From Thermoanaerobaculia bacterium (GTDB lineage Bacteria > Acidobacteriota > Thermoanaerobaculia > Gp7-AA8): a DNA stretch of 64,000 bases. Under the pieces are notes generated by a model. The model saw only the letters and a program-made list of their open reading frames with translations. It made no database searches and was not told where the DNA came from. This document shows, piece by piece, positions 10,801-19,183 of the stretch. The stretch is from positions 18,059 through 82,058 of the forward strand of contig DATISF010000069.1 of assembly GCA_035468985.1 (NCBI GenBank), given 5' to 3'. Position 1 is the stretch's first letter; every line of letters starts with the position of its first letter. Position numbers and translations under genes: made by a program.

Positions 10801-10939
10801 CACGCGTCGAAAAGGAGGCACCGGCCTCGGACTGTCGATCGTCCATCGCGTCGTCGAGGGACATGGTGGGCTCGTGGAAGCGTCAAATGGCCCTTCCGGA
10901 GGGGCAATCGTCAGCGTACGGTTGCCGGTCAAGGATTAG
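7811..10939 (+). CDS. Multi-sensor hybrid-architecture histidine kinase (PAS-GAF-PAS-GAF-PAS-HisKA-HATPase)
   Basis: 1042 aa with several PAS-like blocks and GAF-like segments. HisKA H-box VAHEVRNPL and HATPase_c G-boxes (DRGPGF, GGTGLGLSIV). Confidence 0.85.
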   Translation: MLCELHPRGDLEDIIEVMSDGVVAVDEQGRILFCNRALTELLGWSERDLAGKAFQQYFGVLPEGKGHTVAPARRKNGTRTRITVTRFGRRLFLIRDLETDSYSGAWWQLLSDAVATKSGAEFYSSLVQELTRILPVDAALVADTAAGRPGHAQTLAFSMDGRLLDSTSYPLAGGPCDGVARGEFCWYETGVATLFPHAELLTAERIESYAGAPLIDATGSTIGLLAVMSRSPFRRSRSVESILRVIAQRVTSELERQHTERALRESEETYRVLTESATDGIASVDEEGTIIFANTAMARIFGREVAELHGLNLTALMPERSRQRWDRFEKCLAALQRSGEWKTVRALGARNDGHEVLLEISLGKSSVQGKTQFTGILRDITERSEREGTLQAKTQRLELINGVLSDLDTRQPVEVIVERVVRRLNIAFPEYRVAFGTLGATGTLTMIASAGPENMPPLRGVQVDLSHVPDYMDLLSHGNVVVAEDTTSDSRLRVLTRTMNTGLARAVVDVPVDDSGTLAGILCFGSPSPHRWTTDEIETLEEIAKILSMAIHESRIEAEHRAAAEQVRRNEERYRSLIESVHAIVWRGIAGESRITFVSKEAESILGYPVAQWVSDPMFWPNHLHPHDRERALSVCRTKKGAQGSHELEYRMIAADGRTVWLRDIVHVVPDGQVFGVMIDVSERKKQEEQQGILEDAIRRAAAEWRMTFDAVQTPIIVTDSDRNVSRLNRAAAELTGRNYEFIGRPLESFDGEPWTTAARLTRTVMQTGTPASAEARDGGGQIWEVSASPSARPGESTSHVIVVMWDVTGVVDLQASLRRSEAMSAMGSLVAGVAHEVRNPLFGISATIDLFEEATGSEYAEYATVLRRELNRLARLMTDLLDYGRPQSLEMTPIDLQSLVAEAIGACHAETQKASVRIDVHHAGRLSQIPADAQRLRRVFVNLIENAVQHSPAGGDVTVHLREEEWDDRRWLRCDVADRGPGFRSEDISRVFEPFFTRRKGGTGLGLSIVHRVVEGHGGLVEASNGPSGGAIVSVRLPVKD

Positions 10940-10946
10940 CACGGTC

Positions 10947-12299
10947 GTGGAAGACATCAAACGGAAGGTGCTCATCATCGAGGATGAAGACGCCGCACGC
11001 GTCAGCATGCGCGGATATCTCCGGCTGCGCGGCTTCGATGTCCAAGAGAGCGAGACCATCGAGGAGAGTCTGGCCCTGTTCAACGAGCATCATCCCGACC
11101 TCGTGCTCGTCGATTACCTGCTGCCCGACGGCAACGCCCTCGACTTCCTGTCGCGCCTGCGGGCGATCGACGACAGCGTTCCGGTGCTCATCCTCACCGG
11201 CCACGGGACGATCGACCTCGCCGTCCGCGCCATCAAGGAAGGGGCCGAGCAGTTCCTGACCAAGCCCGTCGAGCTGCCGGCGCTTCTGGTCATCATCGAA
11301 CGGGCGCTCGAAAACCGGCGGAACCGGATGCGCCAAGCCGCGGCGCGGCACATCAACCGTGCTCCTTCGCTCGAGTTGTTCATGGGCAGTGATTCGGTCC
11401 TCGCCAGGATCTCGGAAGACGCGGAACGCATGCTGGTCAGCAACCGTCCGATTCTGATCACGGGCGAGACCGGGACGGGAAAGACGCTCCTCGCGTCGTG
11501 GCTGCATTCGCGCGGGCCGCGTCACGAGGAAGCATTCGTCGACTTGAACTGCGCGGGGTTGTCGCGCGAGTTTCTCGACACCGAGCTGTTCGGACACGAG
11601 AAGGGTGCGTTCACCGGTGCAGTCGCCCAGAAGAAGGGCCTGCTGGAGATCGCTCATCGCGGAACGCTCTTTCTCGACGAGATCGGCGACGTCGATCCGC
11701 AGGTTCAACCGAAGCTCCTGAAGGTCCTCGAGGAGAAGAAATACCGCCGGATGGGCGACGTCCGCGACCGCTTCGTCGACATCCAGCTGATCGCCGCCAC
11801 GCATCGCGATCTTGCCGAGCACGTCCGCCAGTCAACGTTCCGCTCCGATCTCTATTTCCGGATCAACACGCTGCCAATCCACATCCCGCCCCTGCGCGAG
11901 AGACCCGACGACATCGTGACGCTCGCACGGCATCTGCTGAGCATCTTCGCCACCGAGCTCGGTCGATCGTTCGAGATGACCGGCAGCGCCGAACGCGCCC
12001 TGGTGAATTACAGCTGGCCCGGCAACATCCGCGAATTGCGGAACGTGCTCGAACGCGCCGCGCTGCTCAACCAGTCGGGCGTCATCAGCGCCCGCGAGCT
12101 GCGTTTCGAGCAGGTCCGCACGCCGTCCATGACGGACAGTGCGGACATGACTCTCGAGGAGCTCGAGAAGATGCACATCATGCGAGTGATCCGCGAATCG
12201 AACGGCAAAGTCGATTCCGCGTCGCAGAGGCTGGGCATTCCCAGGAGTACCCTCTATCAGAAGCTGAAGGTGTACGGGATCCAGACCGAACGAAGCTGA
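10947..12299 (+). CDS. Sigma-54-dependent response regulator (NtrC family: REC + AAA+ + Fis HTH)
   Basis: Receiver (KVLIIEDED..., DLVLVDYLLPDGN), Walker A GETGTGKT, GAFTGA sigma-54 contact motif, and a C-terminal Fis-type HTH (RSTLYQKLK). GTG start at 10947 lies 7 nt after the kinase stop; the start is uncertain. Confidence 0.85.
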   Translation: MEDIKRKVLIIEDEDAARVSMRGYLRLRGFDVQESETIEESLALFNEHHPDLVLVDYLLPDGNALDFLSRLRAIDDSVPVLILTGHGTIDLAVRAIKEGAEQFLTKPVELPALLVIIERALENRRNRMRQAAARHINRAPSLELFMGSDSVLARISEDAERMLVSNRPILITGETGTGKTLLASWLHSRGPRHEEAFVDLNCAGLSREFLDTELFGHEKGAFTGAVAQKKGLLEIAHRGTLFLDEIGDVDPQVQPKLLKVLEEKKYRRMGDVRDRFVDIQLIAATHRDLAEHVRQSTFRSDLYFRINTLPIHIPPLRERPDDIVTLARHLLSIFATELGRSFEMTGSAERALVNYSWPGNIRELRNVLERAALLNQSGVISARELRFEQVRTPSMTDSADMTLEELEKMHIMRVIRESNGKVDSASQRLGIPRSTLYQKLKVYGIQTERS

Positions 12300-12312
12300 A
12301 GGCTTGATCGTG

Positions 12313-12672
12313 ATGAGAATGGCGATCGTCGATGACGAGATCTCGATCCGCTTCTCGCTGAAGAAATTCTTCGAGTTGCGCTCGTTCACCGTCGACACCG
12401 CGGCCAGCACGGCCGAAGCACGGAAACTCCTCAGCGACGGAATCTACGATGTGGTGATCCTCGACATCCGCCTCGTCCCCGATACCGAGGTCGATGGCCT
12501 CGATCTCGTCGGCTGCGTCCGCGCGCATTCGCCGGGAGCCCGGATCATCGTCCTCAGCGGATACCTCTCGCCGCAGACCATCCGGCGCGCGAGGAGCCTT
12601 CGCGCCGATCTCATTCTCAGCAAGCCGCAGCCGCTGAATGAGCTCGAGACGGCAATCCGCGCGATCCTCTGA
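12313..12672 (+). CDS. Single-domain response regulator receiver
   Basis: CheY-like REC fold (MAIVDDE..., VVILDIRL, conserved K in LSKP). Begins about 14 nt after the NtrC-like gene stop. Confidence 0.75.
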   Translation: MRMAIVDDEISIRFSLKKFFELRSFTVDTAASTAEARKLLSDGIYDVVILDIRLVPDTEVDGLDLVGCVRAHSPGARIIVLSGYLSPQTIRRARSLRADLILSKPQPLNELETAIRAIL

Positions 12673-12796
12673 CGTTCTCATCCAGAATCCAGAATCGCGA
12701 TCCGGCTGCTGTAATCCGACGCCCATCGGCCCTCCGTCGAATTTCTAACATTCTGATAACAAACCAGTTACAGAAGCAGCCGAGCTCGGCCGTCCG

Positions 12797-12812
12797 TGGC
12801 GCCGCGCTTGCG
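12797..12812 (+). promoter_or_regulatory. Candidate sigma-54 (-24/-12) promoter upstream of the receiver-EAL-che gene run
   Basis: TGGCGC-cgcgc-TTGCG matches TGGCAC-N5-TTGCW with exact GG/GC spacing. Sits in the only sizeable intergenic gap (12673-12826) next to an NtrC-type activator gene. Caveat: the GC element is only about 16 nt from the annotated ATG at 12827. Confidence 0.3.
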
Positions 12813-12826
12813 ATGACCCTCCGTCG

Positions 12827-13198
12827 ATGGAACGAATCCTCATCGTGGACGACGAAGAGGCGCCGTTGTTCGCGATGGCGCAATATTTCACCCAGCTCGG
12901 ATTGAGCGTCGACTGCGCGCGCGAATTCGAAGAAGCCGAGGCGCTGCTGGCGCACACCTGCTACTCCGCCGTCATCGTCGATCTCCGCTTGTCGGAGCTT
13001 CACGGCTCGGAAGGCCTGGAGATCGTGCGCTTCATTCGCACTCGCTGCGACTCGACGCGCGCGATTCTCCTGACCGCATACGCCTCACCAGCGGTCGAGC
13101 AGGCGGCCAGGCGCGCCGGCGCCGATCGCCTGCTGCAGAAGCCGATGCCGCTGCAGGAGCTCGCGGCCACGCTCGCGGAGTTGTGGAGAGAGGCATGA
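12827..13198 (+). CDS. Single-domain response regulator receiver
   Basis: MERILIVDDEE..., VIVDLRL, conserved T and K positions. ATGA overlap with the downstream EAL gene. Confidence 0.75.
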   Translation: MERILIVDDEEAPLFAMAQYFTQLGLSVDCAREFEEAEALLAHTCYSAVIVDLRLSELHGSEGLEIVRFIRTRCDSTRAILLTAYASPAVEQAARRAGADRLLQKPMPLQELAATLAELWREA

Positions 13199-13998
13199 GC
13201 GACCGGACGCGACTCGACGAAGTTCTCGCGCCGGGCGGCGTCCGCGTCGTCTTTCAGCCGATCTTCGAGGTCATCGGCGACGGGGTTCGTGTTCACTCGC
13301 TGGAGTGTCTGTCGCGCGGGCCGAAGGGAACGAGCATGGAGCGCGCCGATGTGCTCTTCGACTATGTCCGACTCAAACGCGAGGAGAGCGCCGTCGACCG
13401 TCTGTGCATCGATGTGGCGCTGCGAGAAGCGTCGAATCTGCCGGCCTCGACGCGTTTGAACATCAACGTGCACGCCTCGACCCTCGGCCGCGATCCCGGA
13501 TTCGTCCGCTTCATGCGCTCCGCGGCAGAGCGCAACGCCATTGCCATGGATCGCGTGGTCGTGGAGATCATCGAACACTCCCCTGCCTGGGACGGCCGCA
13601 GTTTTCAGGCCGCGCTCGAGGCTCTTCGTGATGCCGGCGTGGCCATCGCTCTCGACGACGTCGGCATCGGCCACTCGAACTACCGGATGATCCTCGATTG
13701 CCGGCCCGAGTACCTGAAGATCGATCGCTATCTGATCTCCGGCATTGCTCAGGACCGCGCGCGGCAGGCCGTGATCGAGTCGATCATCACCCTGGCCCGC
13801 AAGCTCGGCGCGCGCGCGGTCGCCGAAGGCGTCGAGCACGTCGAGGACTATTTCGCACTGCGAGCCGTCGGCGTGCACCTGGTCCAGGGCTTTCTGTTTT
13901 CCGGCCCGCTCACCGTCCAATCACTGACGAAACGCGACCTGTTCGAAATCCGTCCGGTCGCTTCCTGCAGCATGGCGAACACCGCTTCGCAGAACTGA
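13195..13998 (+). CDS. Stand-alone EAL-domain c-di-GMP phosphodiesterase
   Basis: EAL signature blocks: ECLSR (EAL-type), NINVH, EIIEHS, DDVGIGHSNY, KIDRYLI, EGVEHVED, QGFLFSGP. No GGDEF or sensor domain. Confidence 0.8.
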   Translation: MSDRTRLDEVLAPGGVRVVFQPIFEVIGDGVRVHSLECLSRGPKGTSMERADVLFDYVRLKREESAVDRLCIDVALREASNLPASTRLNINVHASTLGRDPGFVRFMRSAAERNAIAMDRVVVEIIEHSPAWDGRSFQAALEALRDAGVAIALDDVGIGHSNYRMILDCRPEYLKIDRYLISGIAQDRARQAVIESIITLARKLGARAVAEGVEHVEDYFALRAVGVHLVQGFLFSGPLTVQSLTKRDLFEIRPVASCSMANTASQN

Positions 13999-14006
13999 GG
14001 AGATTG

Positions 14007-14384
14007 ATGGCACGCAAGAAGATCCTGCTCGTCGATGACTCACCGACCATCCTGCTCATGGAAAAAATGATTCTCGCGCAGGGTGGTTACGAGCTCGTCG
14101 TGGCCGTCGATGGCGAAGACGGCCTGCTCAAGGCACGCGAGCACAATCCAGACCTCATTCTCCTCGACGTGGTGATGCCCGGGAAGAACGGCCTCGAAGT
14201 GCTGCAGGCACTCCGTCAGGAAGAAGCGACGCGCTCCGTCCCCGTGATCATGGTCACCACGCGCTCCGAGGCCGACAAGATCGAGGCCGCGTACACGATC
14301 GGCTGCGCGGACTACGTCACCAAACCGATCAACGGACTCGAGCTCATCACGAAGGTCACCAACTGTATCGGCGCTTCGCGCTGA
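14007..14384 (+). CDS. cheY: CheY-like response regulator
   Basis: MARKKILLVDDSPTILL..., DLILLDVVMPGKNG, conserved T and K (YVTKP). First gene of a contiguous che gene run. Confidence 0.85.
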   Translation: MARKKILLVDDSPTILLMEKMILAQGGYELVVAVDGEDGLLKAREHNPDLILLDVVMPGKNGLEVLQALRQEEATRSVPVIMVTTRSEADKIEAAYTIGCADYVTKPINGLELITKVTNCIGASR

Positions 14385-14389
14385 TTGCC

Positions 14390-15208
14390 ATGAATCACCA
14401 TCTGGAGGACTCGCCGGCCATGGATTCACAAGAGACGGAGAAACTGCGATCGCTCGCCGAGTCGCTCGAGCGTCAATGTTCAGTCCTGCAGAACGAAGTG
14501 GCGCGAGGCAGGGAGATGGCCGCGGACAACGAGGCCATGCGCTGGCTCGTCGAGTTTCTCAACAAGGAGAAGAAGCGGCTGATCGAGCAGCTCGCGGCCA
14601 CCAGAAATGCGAACCAGCAGCTGCAGCGCGAGCGGGACGAGCTGCGCACCGAGATCGCCGGGATCACCGTGCAGAGCCGCGAGTTCACCGATCGCTACGT
14701 GACCGTCGAGCAGCAGAACACCAAGCTCGCGAATCTCTACGTGTCGATGGTCCGTCTTCACTCCTCGCTCGATCCCGCCGAGATCGTGGCCGCCATCCAC
14801 GAGATCGTGATCAACCTGATCGGTTCCGAGGAGCTGGCGATCTTCGAGGTGGATGACTCCTCCCGGTCGCTGCGGTTGATCAGCAGTTTCGGCGTCGATG
14901 CCAACCGGCTGCGCACGGTGCGCATCGGCGAGGGTCCGGTCGGCCGTGCCGCGGAATCGGGACGGCTGCACGTCGTGCGCCACGAGACCTGGAGCGAGGC
15001 GATCGAGGCAAGCTTCAGCGCGTTCATCCCCCTTCGCGTGGCCGGATGGATGCGGGGCGCCGTCGTCGTGTTCGGATTGCTCCCGCAGAAAGGATCGCTC
15101 GACGTGGCGGACGTCGAGCTCTTCGATTTGATCTCCACGCAGGCCGGACGGGCGCTGTACTTCGCTTCCCTGCACATGGAGCGCGCGGGAGCAGAGGTTC
15201 GACGATGA
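14390..15208 (+). CDS. Coiled-coil plus GAF-domain protein encoded inside the che operon
   Basis: N-terminal heptad-rich region (LRSLAESLERQCSVLQNEVARGRE...), then a GAF-like fold (VAAIHEIVINLIGSEELAIFEV..., GEGPVGRAAESG). ATGA overlap with cheD. Confidence 0.6.
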   Translation: MNHHLEDSPAMDSQETEKLRSLAESLERQCSVLQNEVARGREMAADNEAMRWLVEFLNKEKKRLIEQLAATRNANQQLQRERDELRTEIAGITVQSREFTDRYVTVEQQNTKLANLYVSMVRLHSSLDPAEIVAAIHEIVINLIGSEELAIFEVDDSSRSLRLISSFGVDANRLRTVRIGEGPVGRAAESGRLHVVRHETWSEAIEASFSAFIPLRVAGWMRGAVVVFGLLPQKGSLDVADVELFDLISTQAGRALYFASLHMERAGAEVRR

Positions 15209-15711
15209 CTCTGTATCCGCTGTCCGGTTTTCCTCCCTCACCGAATGGCAGGCCGACCGCGTTTCTTCAGGCCGGTCACATGATCGTCTCCGCGAAGCCG
15301 CTCGCGGTCACCACGATCCTCGGCTCCTGCGTTTCGGTCTGCCTGATCGATATCCGCGCGGGCATCGGCGGAATCAACCACTATCTCCTTCCCTACACCG
15401 CGCCGGACGGGGGTGCCGGCGCACGCTACGGCAACACGGCCATCCGTCAACTCGTGGACGAAATGAGCGCGGCGGGCGCCTCGCGCGCGCGGCTCGTGGC
15501 CTCGGTGTTCGGCGGCGCCATGATGCTGAACACGCCGCCGGACCGCACGCGCGCGCCGCTGGGAGAGCAGAACGCCGACCTTGCCGCGAGCCTCCTCCAG
15601 GAGCTGGGCATCGCCATCGAGCAGTTCGACGTCGGCGGCGATCGCGGCCGAAAACTCATCTTCCACACCGACACCGGCTACGCCACCGCGAAGCCGATCT
15701 CATCATCGTGA
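15205..15711 (+). CDS. cheD: Chemoreceptor glutamine deamidase CheD
   Basis: CheD signature TTILGSCVSVCLID..GIGGINHYLLP. Translationally coupled on both sides. Confidence 0.85.
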   Translation: MTLYPLSGFPPSPNGRPTAFLQAGHMIVSAKPLAVTTILGSCVSVCLIDIRAGIGGINHYLLPYTAPDGGAGARYGNTAIRQLVDEMSAAGASRARLVASVFGGAMMLNTPPDRTRAPLGEQNADLAASLLQELGIAIEQFDVGGDRGRKLIFHTDTGYATAKPISSS

Positions 15712-17351
15712 CGGAACCGATTCTCAGCGATCAGGACTTCGCGGAGCTCGTCCGCGCATTTCACGGCGAATCGGAGGAGAACCTCGCCCGGATCGAGGAG
15801 GTTCTCGTCCAGCTGGAACAGGATCCACGCGACCGCGAGCTGCTCAACGACATCTTCCGCGCGGTCCACACGATCAAGGGCAGCGGCTCGTGCATCGGGT
15901 ATCGGGCGCTCAGCGCGTTCGCTCACGGATTCGAAGAGCGGTTGCAGGCCCTGCGCAGCGGTGAGCTCGAAGTGTCGCCGGGCCTGATCACGGCGTTGTT
16001 GCGCGGCGTCGATGTGCTGCACGGGCTGGCAAAATCGCCGACCGCGGTGACCGACGAGCTGTCGCCACAGCATTACGCGGTGCTGCAGCAGGTCGAGGAA
16101 GTCATGGGCGGCGCCACGACAACCGACACACCCCGCTTCGATGGCGCCGCCACGCAGTTGCGGGCCCGCGATACGCGAGCCCTGCGGGTTTCCGCCGGGA
16201 AGCTCGACCGCATGGTCGATCTCATCGGCGAGATCGCCGTCGCGCGCGGCCACATCCGGCAGCTCGTCGAGGACGACTCCGATCGCGAGCGAATCCTCGA
16301 CAGCGTCCGCGATCTCGACCGTCTCAGCGCCGAGCTGCAGGAGGCGGTCATGACTGTCCGCCTCGTTCCGATCGGCCCCGCCCTCCGCTTCATCCACCGC
16401 GTCGTGCGCGATCTCGCGGCCCGGGAAGGAAAGCTGGTCGAGGTGAGCGTCGAGGGCGAAGAGGTCGAGCTCGACATGAACCTCGTCGAGCACATCAGGG
16501 ACCCGCTGACGCACATGGTGCGCAACGCCGTCGATCACGGAATCGAAGATCCGCAGGCGCGCGCCGCCGCCGGAAAGCCCGCGACAGCGCACATCCGCAT
16601 CTCGGTCGTGCGCGATGCGAGCGGCATCGTCGTGCGCGTCGCCGATGACGGCAAAGGCCTCGATGAATCGAAGATCGCCTCGCGCGCACAGAGCCTGGGA
16701 ATGGTCACCGACCGTCTCACCCGTTCCGAGATTCAGTCGCTGATCTTCGAACCGGGATTTTCGACCGCCGATGAAGTGAGCGACGTGTCCGGGCGCGGCG
16801 TGGGCATGGACATCGTCCGCCGCAATGTCGAGTCGGTCCGCGGATCGGTGTCCATCGAATCCGTCGCCGGCGCCGGGATGACGATCACGATCCGCCTTCC
16901 GCTGACGCTTGCGGTCATCGACGGCTTTGCGGTCGGCGCGGCGGACGAGACCTACATCATCCCGATCGACTCGGTGCTGGAGTGCGTCGACTCTCCGGCC
17001 GGCATCGATCGGGATTCGCTCTTCGGAATCATGGAACTGCGCGGAGCGGCGCTGCCGTGGGTGCGTCTGCGGCGGCTGTTCGGCATCGACAACATCGCCT
17101 CAGCACGCGAGAGCGTCGTCATCGTCCAGAACGAGCGTGGTCGCGCCGGTCTGATCGTCGACAGGCTCTACGGCAGTCAGCAGACGGTCATGAAGCCGCT
17201 CAGCCGCTTTCTGTGTCACGTTCCGGGCATCGCCGGGTCGTCGATTCTTGGCAGCGGACGCGTGGCGCTGATCGTCGACGTCTCCGAGCTTCTGCGTCTC
17301 GTCTCCACGCATTCCCAATCCACGGAATTTGAAAGGAGTCTGGCTTCATGA
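15708..17351 (+). CDS. cheA: Chemotaxis histidine kinase CheA (Hpt-dimerisation-HATPase-CheW-like)
   Basis: Hpt domain (FRAVHTIKGSGSCIGY), HATPase_c (DHGIE..., DDGKGLD, GRGVGMDIV), and a C-terminal CheW-like domain (GFAVGAADETYIIPIDSV). Confidence 0.9.
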   Translation: MTEPILSDQDFAELVRAFHGESEENLARIEEVLVQLEQDPRDRELLNDIFRAVHTIKGSGSCIGYRALSAFAHGFEERLQALRSGELEVSPGLITALLRGVDVLHGLAKSPTAVTDELSPQHYAVLQQVEEVMGGATTTDTPRFDGAATQLRARDTRALRVSAGKLDRMVDLIGEIAVARGHIRQLVEDDSDRERILDSVRDLDRLSAELQEAVMTVRLVPIGPALRFIHRVVRDLAAREGKLVEVSVEGEEVELDMNLVEHIRDPLTHMVRNAVDHGIEDPQARAAAGKPATAHIRISVVRDASGIVVRVADDGKGLDESKIASRAQSLGMVTDRLTRSEIQSLIFEPGFSTADEVSDVSGRGVGMDIVRRNVESVRGSVSIESVAGAGMTITIRLPLTLAVIDGFAVGAADETYIIPIDSVLECVDSPAGIDRDSLFGIMELRGAALPWVRLRRLFGIDNIASARESVVIVQNERGRAGLIVDRLYGSQQTVMKPLSRFLCHVPGIAGSSILGSGRVALIVDVSELLRLVSTHSQSTEFERSLAS

Positions 17352-18577
17352 AGTTCGTTGCCCTCATCGCCGCGCTGCTCGTCGCAGTTGCGGCTCCCCT
17401 GCGCGCGGAAGACGCGCCGAAGGATCCTCAGCCGAAGCCGCTGGCCGGCTGGAACAAGAAGTTTTCGCTTCAATCCGCCGACGGACGCTTCAGGCTGAAT
17501 CTCGGCGGCCGGCTGCAGGCGTACTACGAAGAATTCGTTCCCGATCACGACAGCAACCGCGTGCAGTTCGGACCGGCATTCGCCGCGAAGCCGCTCTCCG
17601 AGGACACGAGTCAGTTCCGCATTCGCCGCGGACGCGTGGCGTTCGACGGCAACGTCTACGATCCGTCGCTGCTGTACGAGGTGCAGATCGAGCTGGCGGG
17701 CAGTTCCACCAGTCTCAAGCGCGCGTATTTCAACTGGCATCGGAGCGACGCCCTGCAATTTCGCGCCGGCCGGTTCAAAGCACCGTTCGGACGCCAGCAG
17801 CTGGTGTCGATCTTCAAACAGGAGCTGACGGACCGCTCGATCGCGTCGAACGAATTCACCAAAGGCGACGACGACGGCGTCATGCTCTGGGGCACTCCCC
17901 TCCACGGCCGTGTCGAGTACTACCTCGGCGTCTTCAACGGCGACGGCCAGAACAAGAACAGCCAGCAGGACAACCGTAACCAGTGGTTCGCGCGCGCGGT
18001 CTGGTCGCCACGCGGCAAATTCGCCTATTCGGAAAGCTCACAGGGAGCGCCGGCCACGCCGCAGTGGTCGTTCGGCGTGAACGCCGGCAGGAACGGCGGA
18101 TGGCTGTTCGATGTGAACGGCAAGTCCGGCGTTCAGGGACCGATGCAGACCTGTACCGCGACCGGTTGCACGGTCGATCACGGTGACGATGCCACGATCG
18201 GCTCGGCCGGCGTGGACGCGGCGATGACGTGGAATCGCTTTTCTTCGGTCGCCGAGGCCTTCACGCGAAGCATCGATGCGCGTCAGGCCGGTGTGCGGAC
18301 CGTGAAGTCGAGAGGCTGGTACGCGCAAAGCGGTTGGTTCGTGCAGCGCGACAAGAGCGAGATCGGTCTCCGTTACAGCGTTCTCGATCTCGATCGCGCT
18401 CGCTTCGGCGACCGCTCGATTGAGCGTGCCCTGTTCTTCAACCGTTATGTCCGCGGTCACGACTACAAGGTTCAGACAGAGCTGACCGAAGTGCGGAGTC
18501 AGGCAGTGAACGCGGCCGGCGGACCGGCGTCGCTGCGCGACCGCCGCCTCCGTGTCCAGCTGGTCCTGTCGTTCTAG
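17348..18577 (+). CDS. Outer-membrane porin, phosphate-selective porin O/P-like family
   Basis: Signal peptide MKFVALIAALLVAVAAPLRA. Body resembles the Porin_O_P pattern (RIRRGRVAFDGNVYDPSLLYEVQIELAG...LKRAYFNW..LQFRAGRFKAPFGRQQL) and ends in a beta-barrel-like terminal F. ATGA overlap with cheA. Confidence 0.6.
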   Translation: MKFVALIAALLVAVAAPLRAEDAPKDPQPKPLAGWNKKFSLQSADGRFRLNLGGRLQAYYEEFVPDHDSNRVQFGPAFAAKPLSEDTSQFRIRRGRVAFDGNVYDPSLLYEVQIELAGSSTSLKRAYFNWHRSDALQFRAGRFKAPFGRQQLVSIFKQELTDRSIASNEFTKGDDDGVMLWGTPLHGRVEYYLGVFNGDGQNKNSQQDNRNQWFARAVWSPRGKFAYSESSQGAPATPQWSFGVNAGRNGGWLFDVNGKSGVQGPMQTCTATGCTVDHGDDATIGSAGVDAAMTWNRFSSVAEAFTRSIDARQAGVRTVKSRGWYAQSGWFVQRDKSEIGLRYSVLDLDRARFGDRSIERALFFNRYVRGHDYKVQTELTEVRSQAVNAAGGPASLRDRRLRVQLVLSF

Positions 18578-18587
18578 GAGGAGAGCC

Positions 18588-19169
18588 ATGAAACGAGTCA
18601 TCACCATCACGATCATGATCCTGATCTTCTGCACGTCGCTCGTGTTGGGGCAGGAGACAAAGAAGGCAGCGATCGCACCCGATCTCGACGCCGCGATCCA
18701 GAAAGCGGCGAAGGCCATCGAGAAGTGGGGCAAGGATCCCGCTCTCGTTCGCGAAGTCAGAGCCCAGAACGCGCAGAACATGACCCAGCCCGACATCGAC
18801 CGCATCGACAAGGCATGGATGGACGGCGGCGAGCAGCAGAGGGTGTCTGCACTGCTCGGCAACGCCTGCGCGGCGCGCCTGAAAACGCTCGTCGGCCAGA
18901 ACCCGGCATTCAGCGAGTCGTTCGTGATGGACGACAAGGGCGCGAACGTCTGCATGACCGAGCGCACGTCCGACTTCTGGCAGGGCGACGAAGCGAAATG
19001 GCAGAAGTCATTCGCTGCCGGCAAGGGAGCGGTGTTCATAGACTCGCCGAAGTACGACACGAGCGCGAAAGCGATCCTCGTGCAGGTTTCGGTTCCAGTG
19101 ATGGATGGCGATCGCGCGATCGGTGCGATCACGGTCGGCGTGAACACGAGCCGGCTCGGCGCGCGGTAA
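18588..19169 (+). CDS. Small secreted/periplasmic protein of unknown function (possible ligand-binding partner of the adjacent MCP)
   Basis: Signal peptide [22 protein letters not shown] followed by a roughly 170-aa soluble domain. Lies directly upstream of the mcp. Confidence 0.5.
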   Translation: MKRVITITIMILIFCTSLVLGQETKKAAIAPDLDAAIQKAAKAIEKWGKDPALVREVRAQNAQNMTQPDIDRIDKAWMDGGEQQRVSALLGNACAARLKTLVGQNPAFSESFVMDDKGANVCMTERTSDFWQGDEAKWQKSFAAGKGAVFIDSPKYDTSAKAILVQVSVPVMDGDRAIGAITVGVNTSRLGAR

Positions 19170-19183
19170 CGATCGGAGCAACC

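Noticed and set aside
8306-10864. Long minus-strand ORFs (8306-9241, 9386-10864) antisense to the sensor histidine kinase
   Set aside because: Antisense GC-frame artefacts: no start context and Arg/Gly/Asp-rich low-complexity translation. The sense strand encodes clear PAS/GAF/HisKA/HATPase domains.
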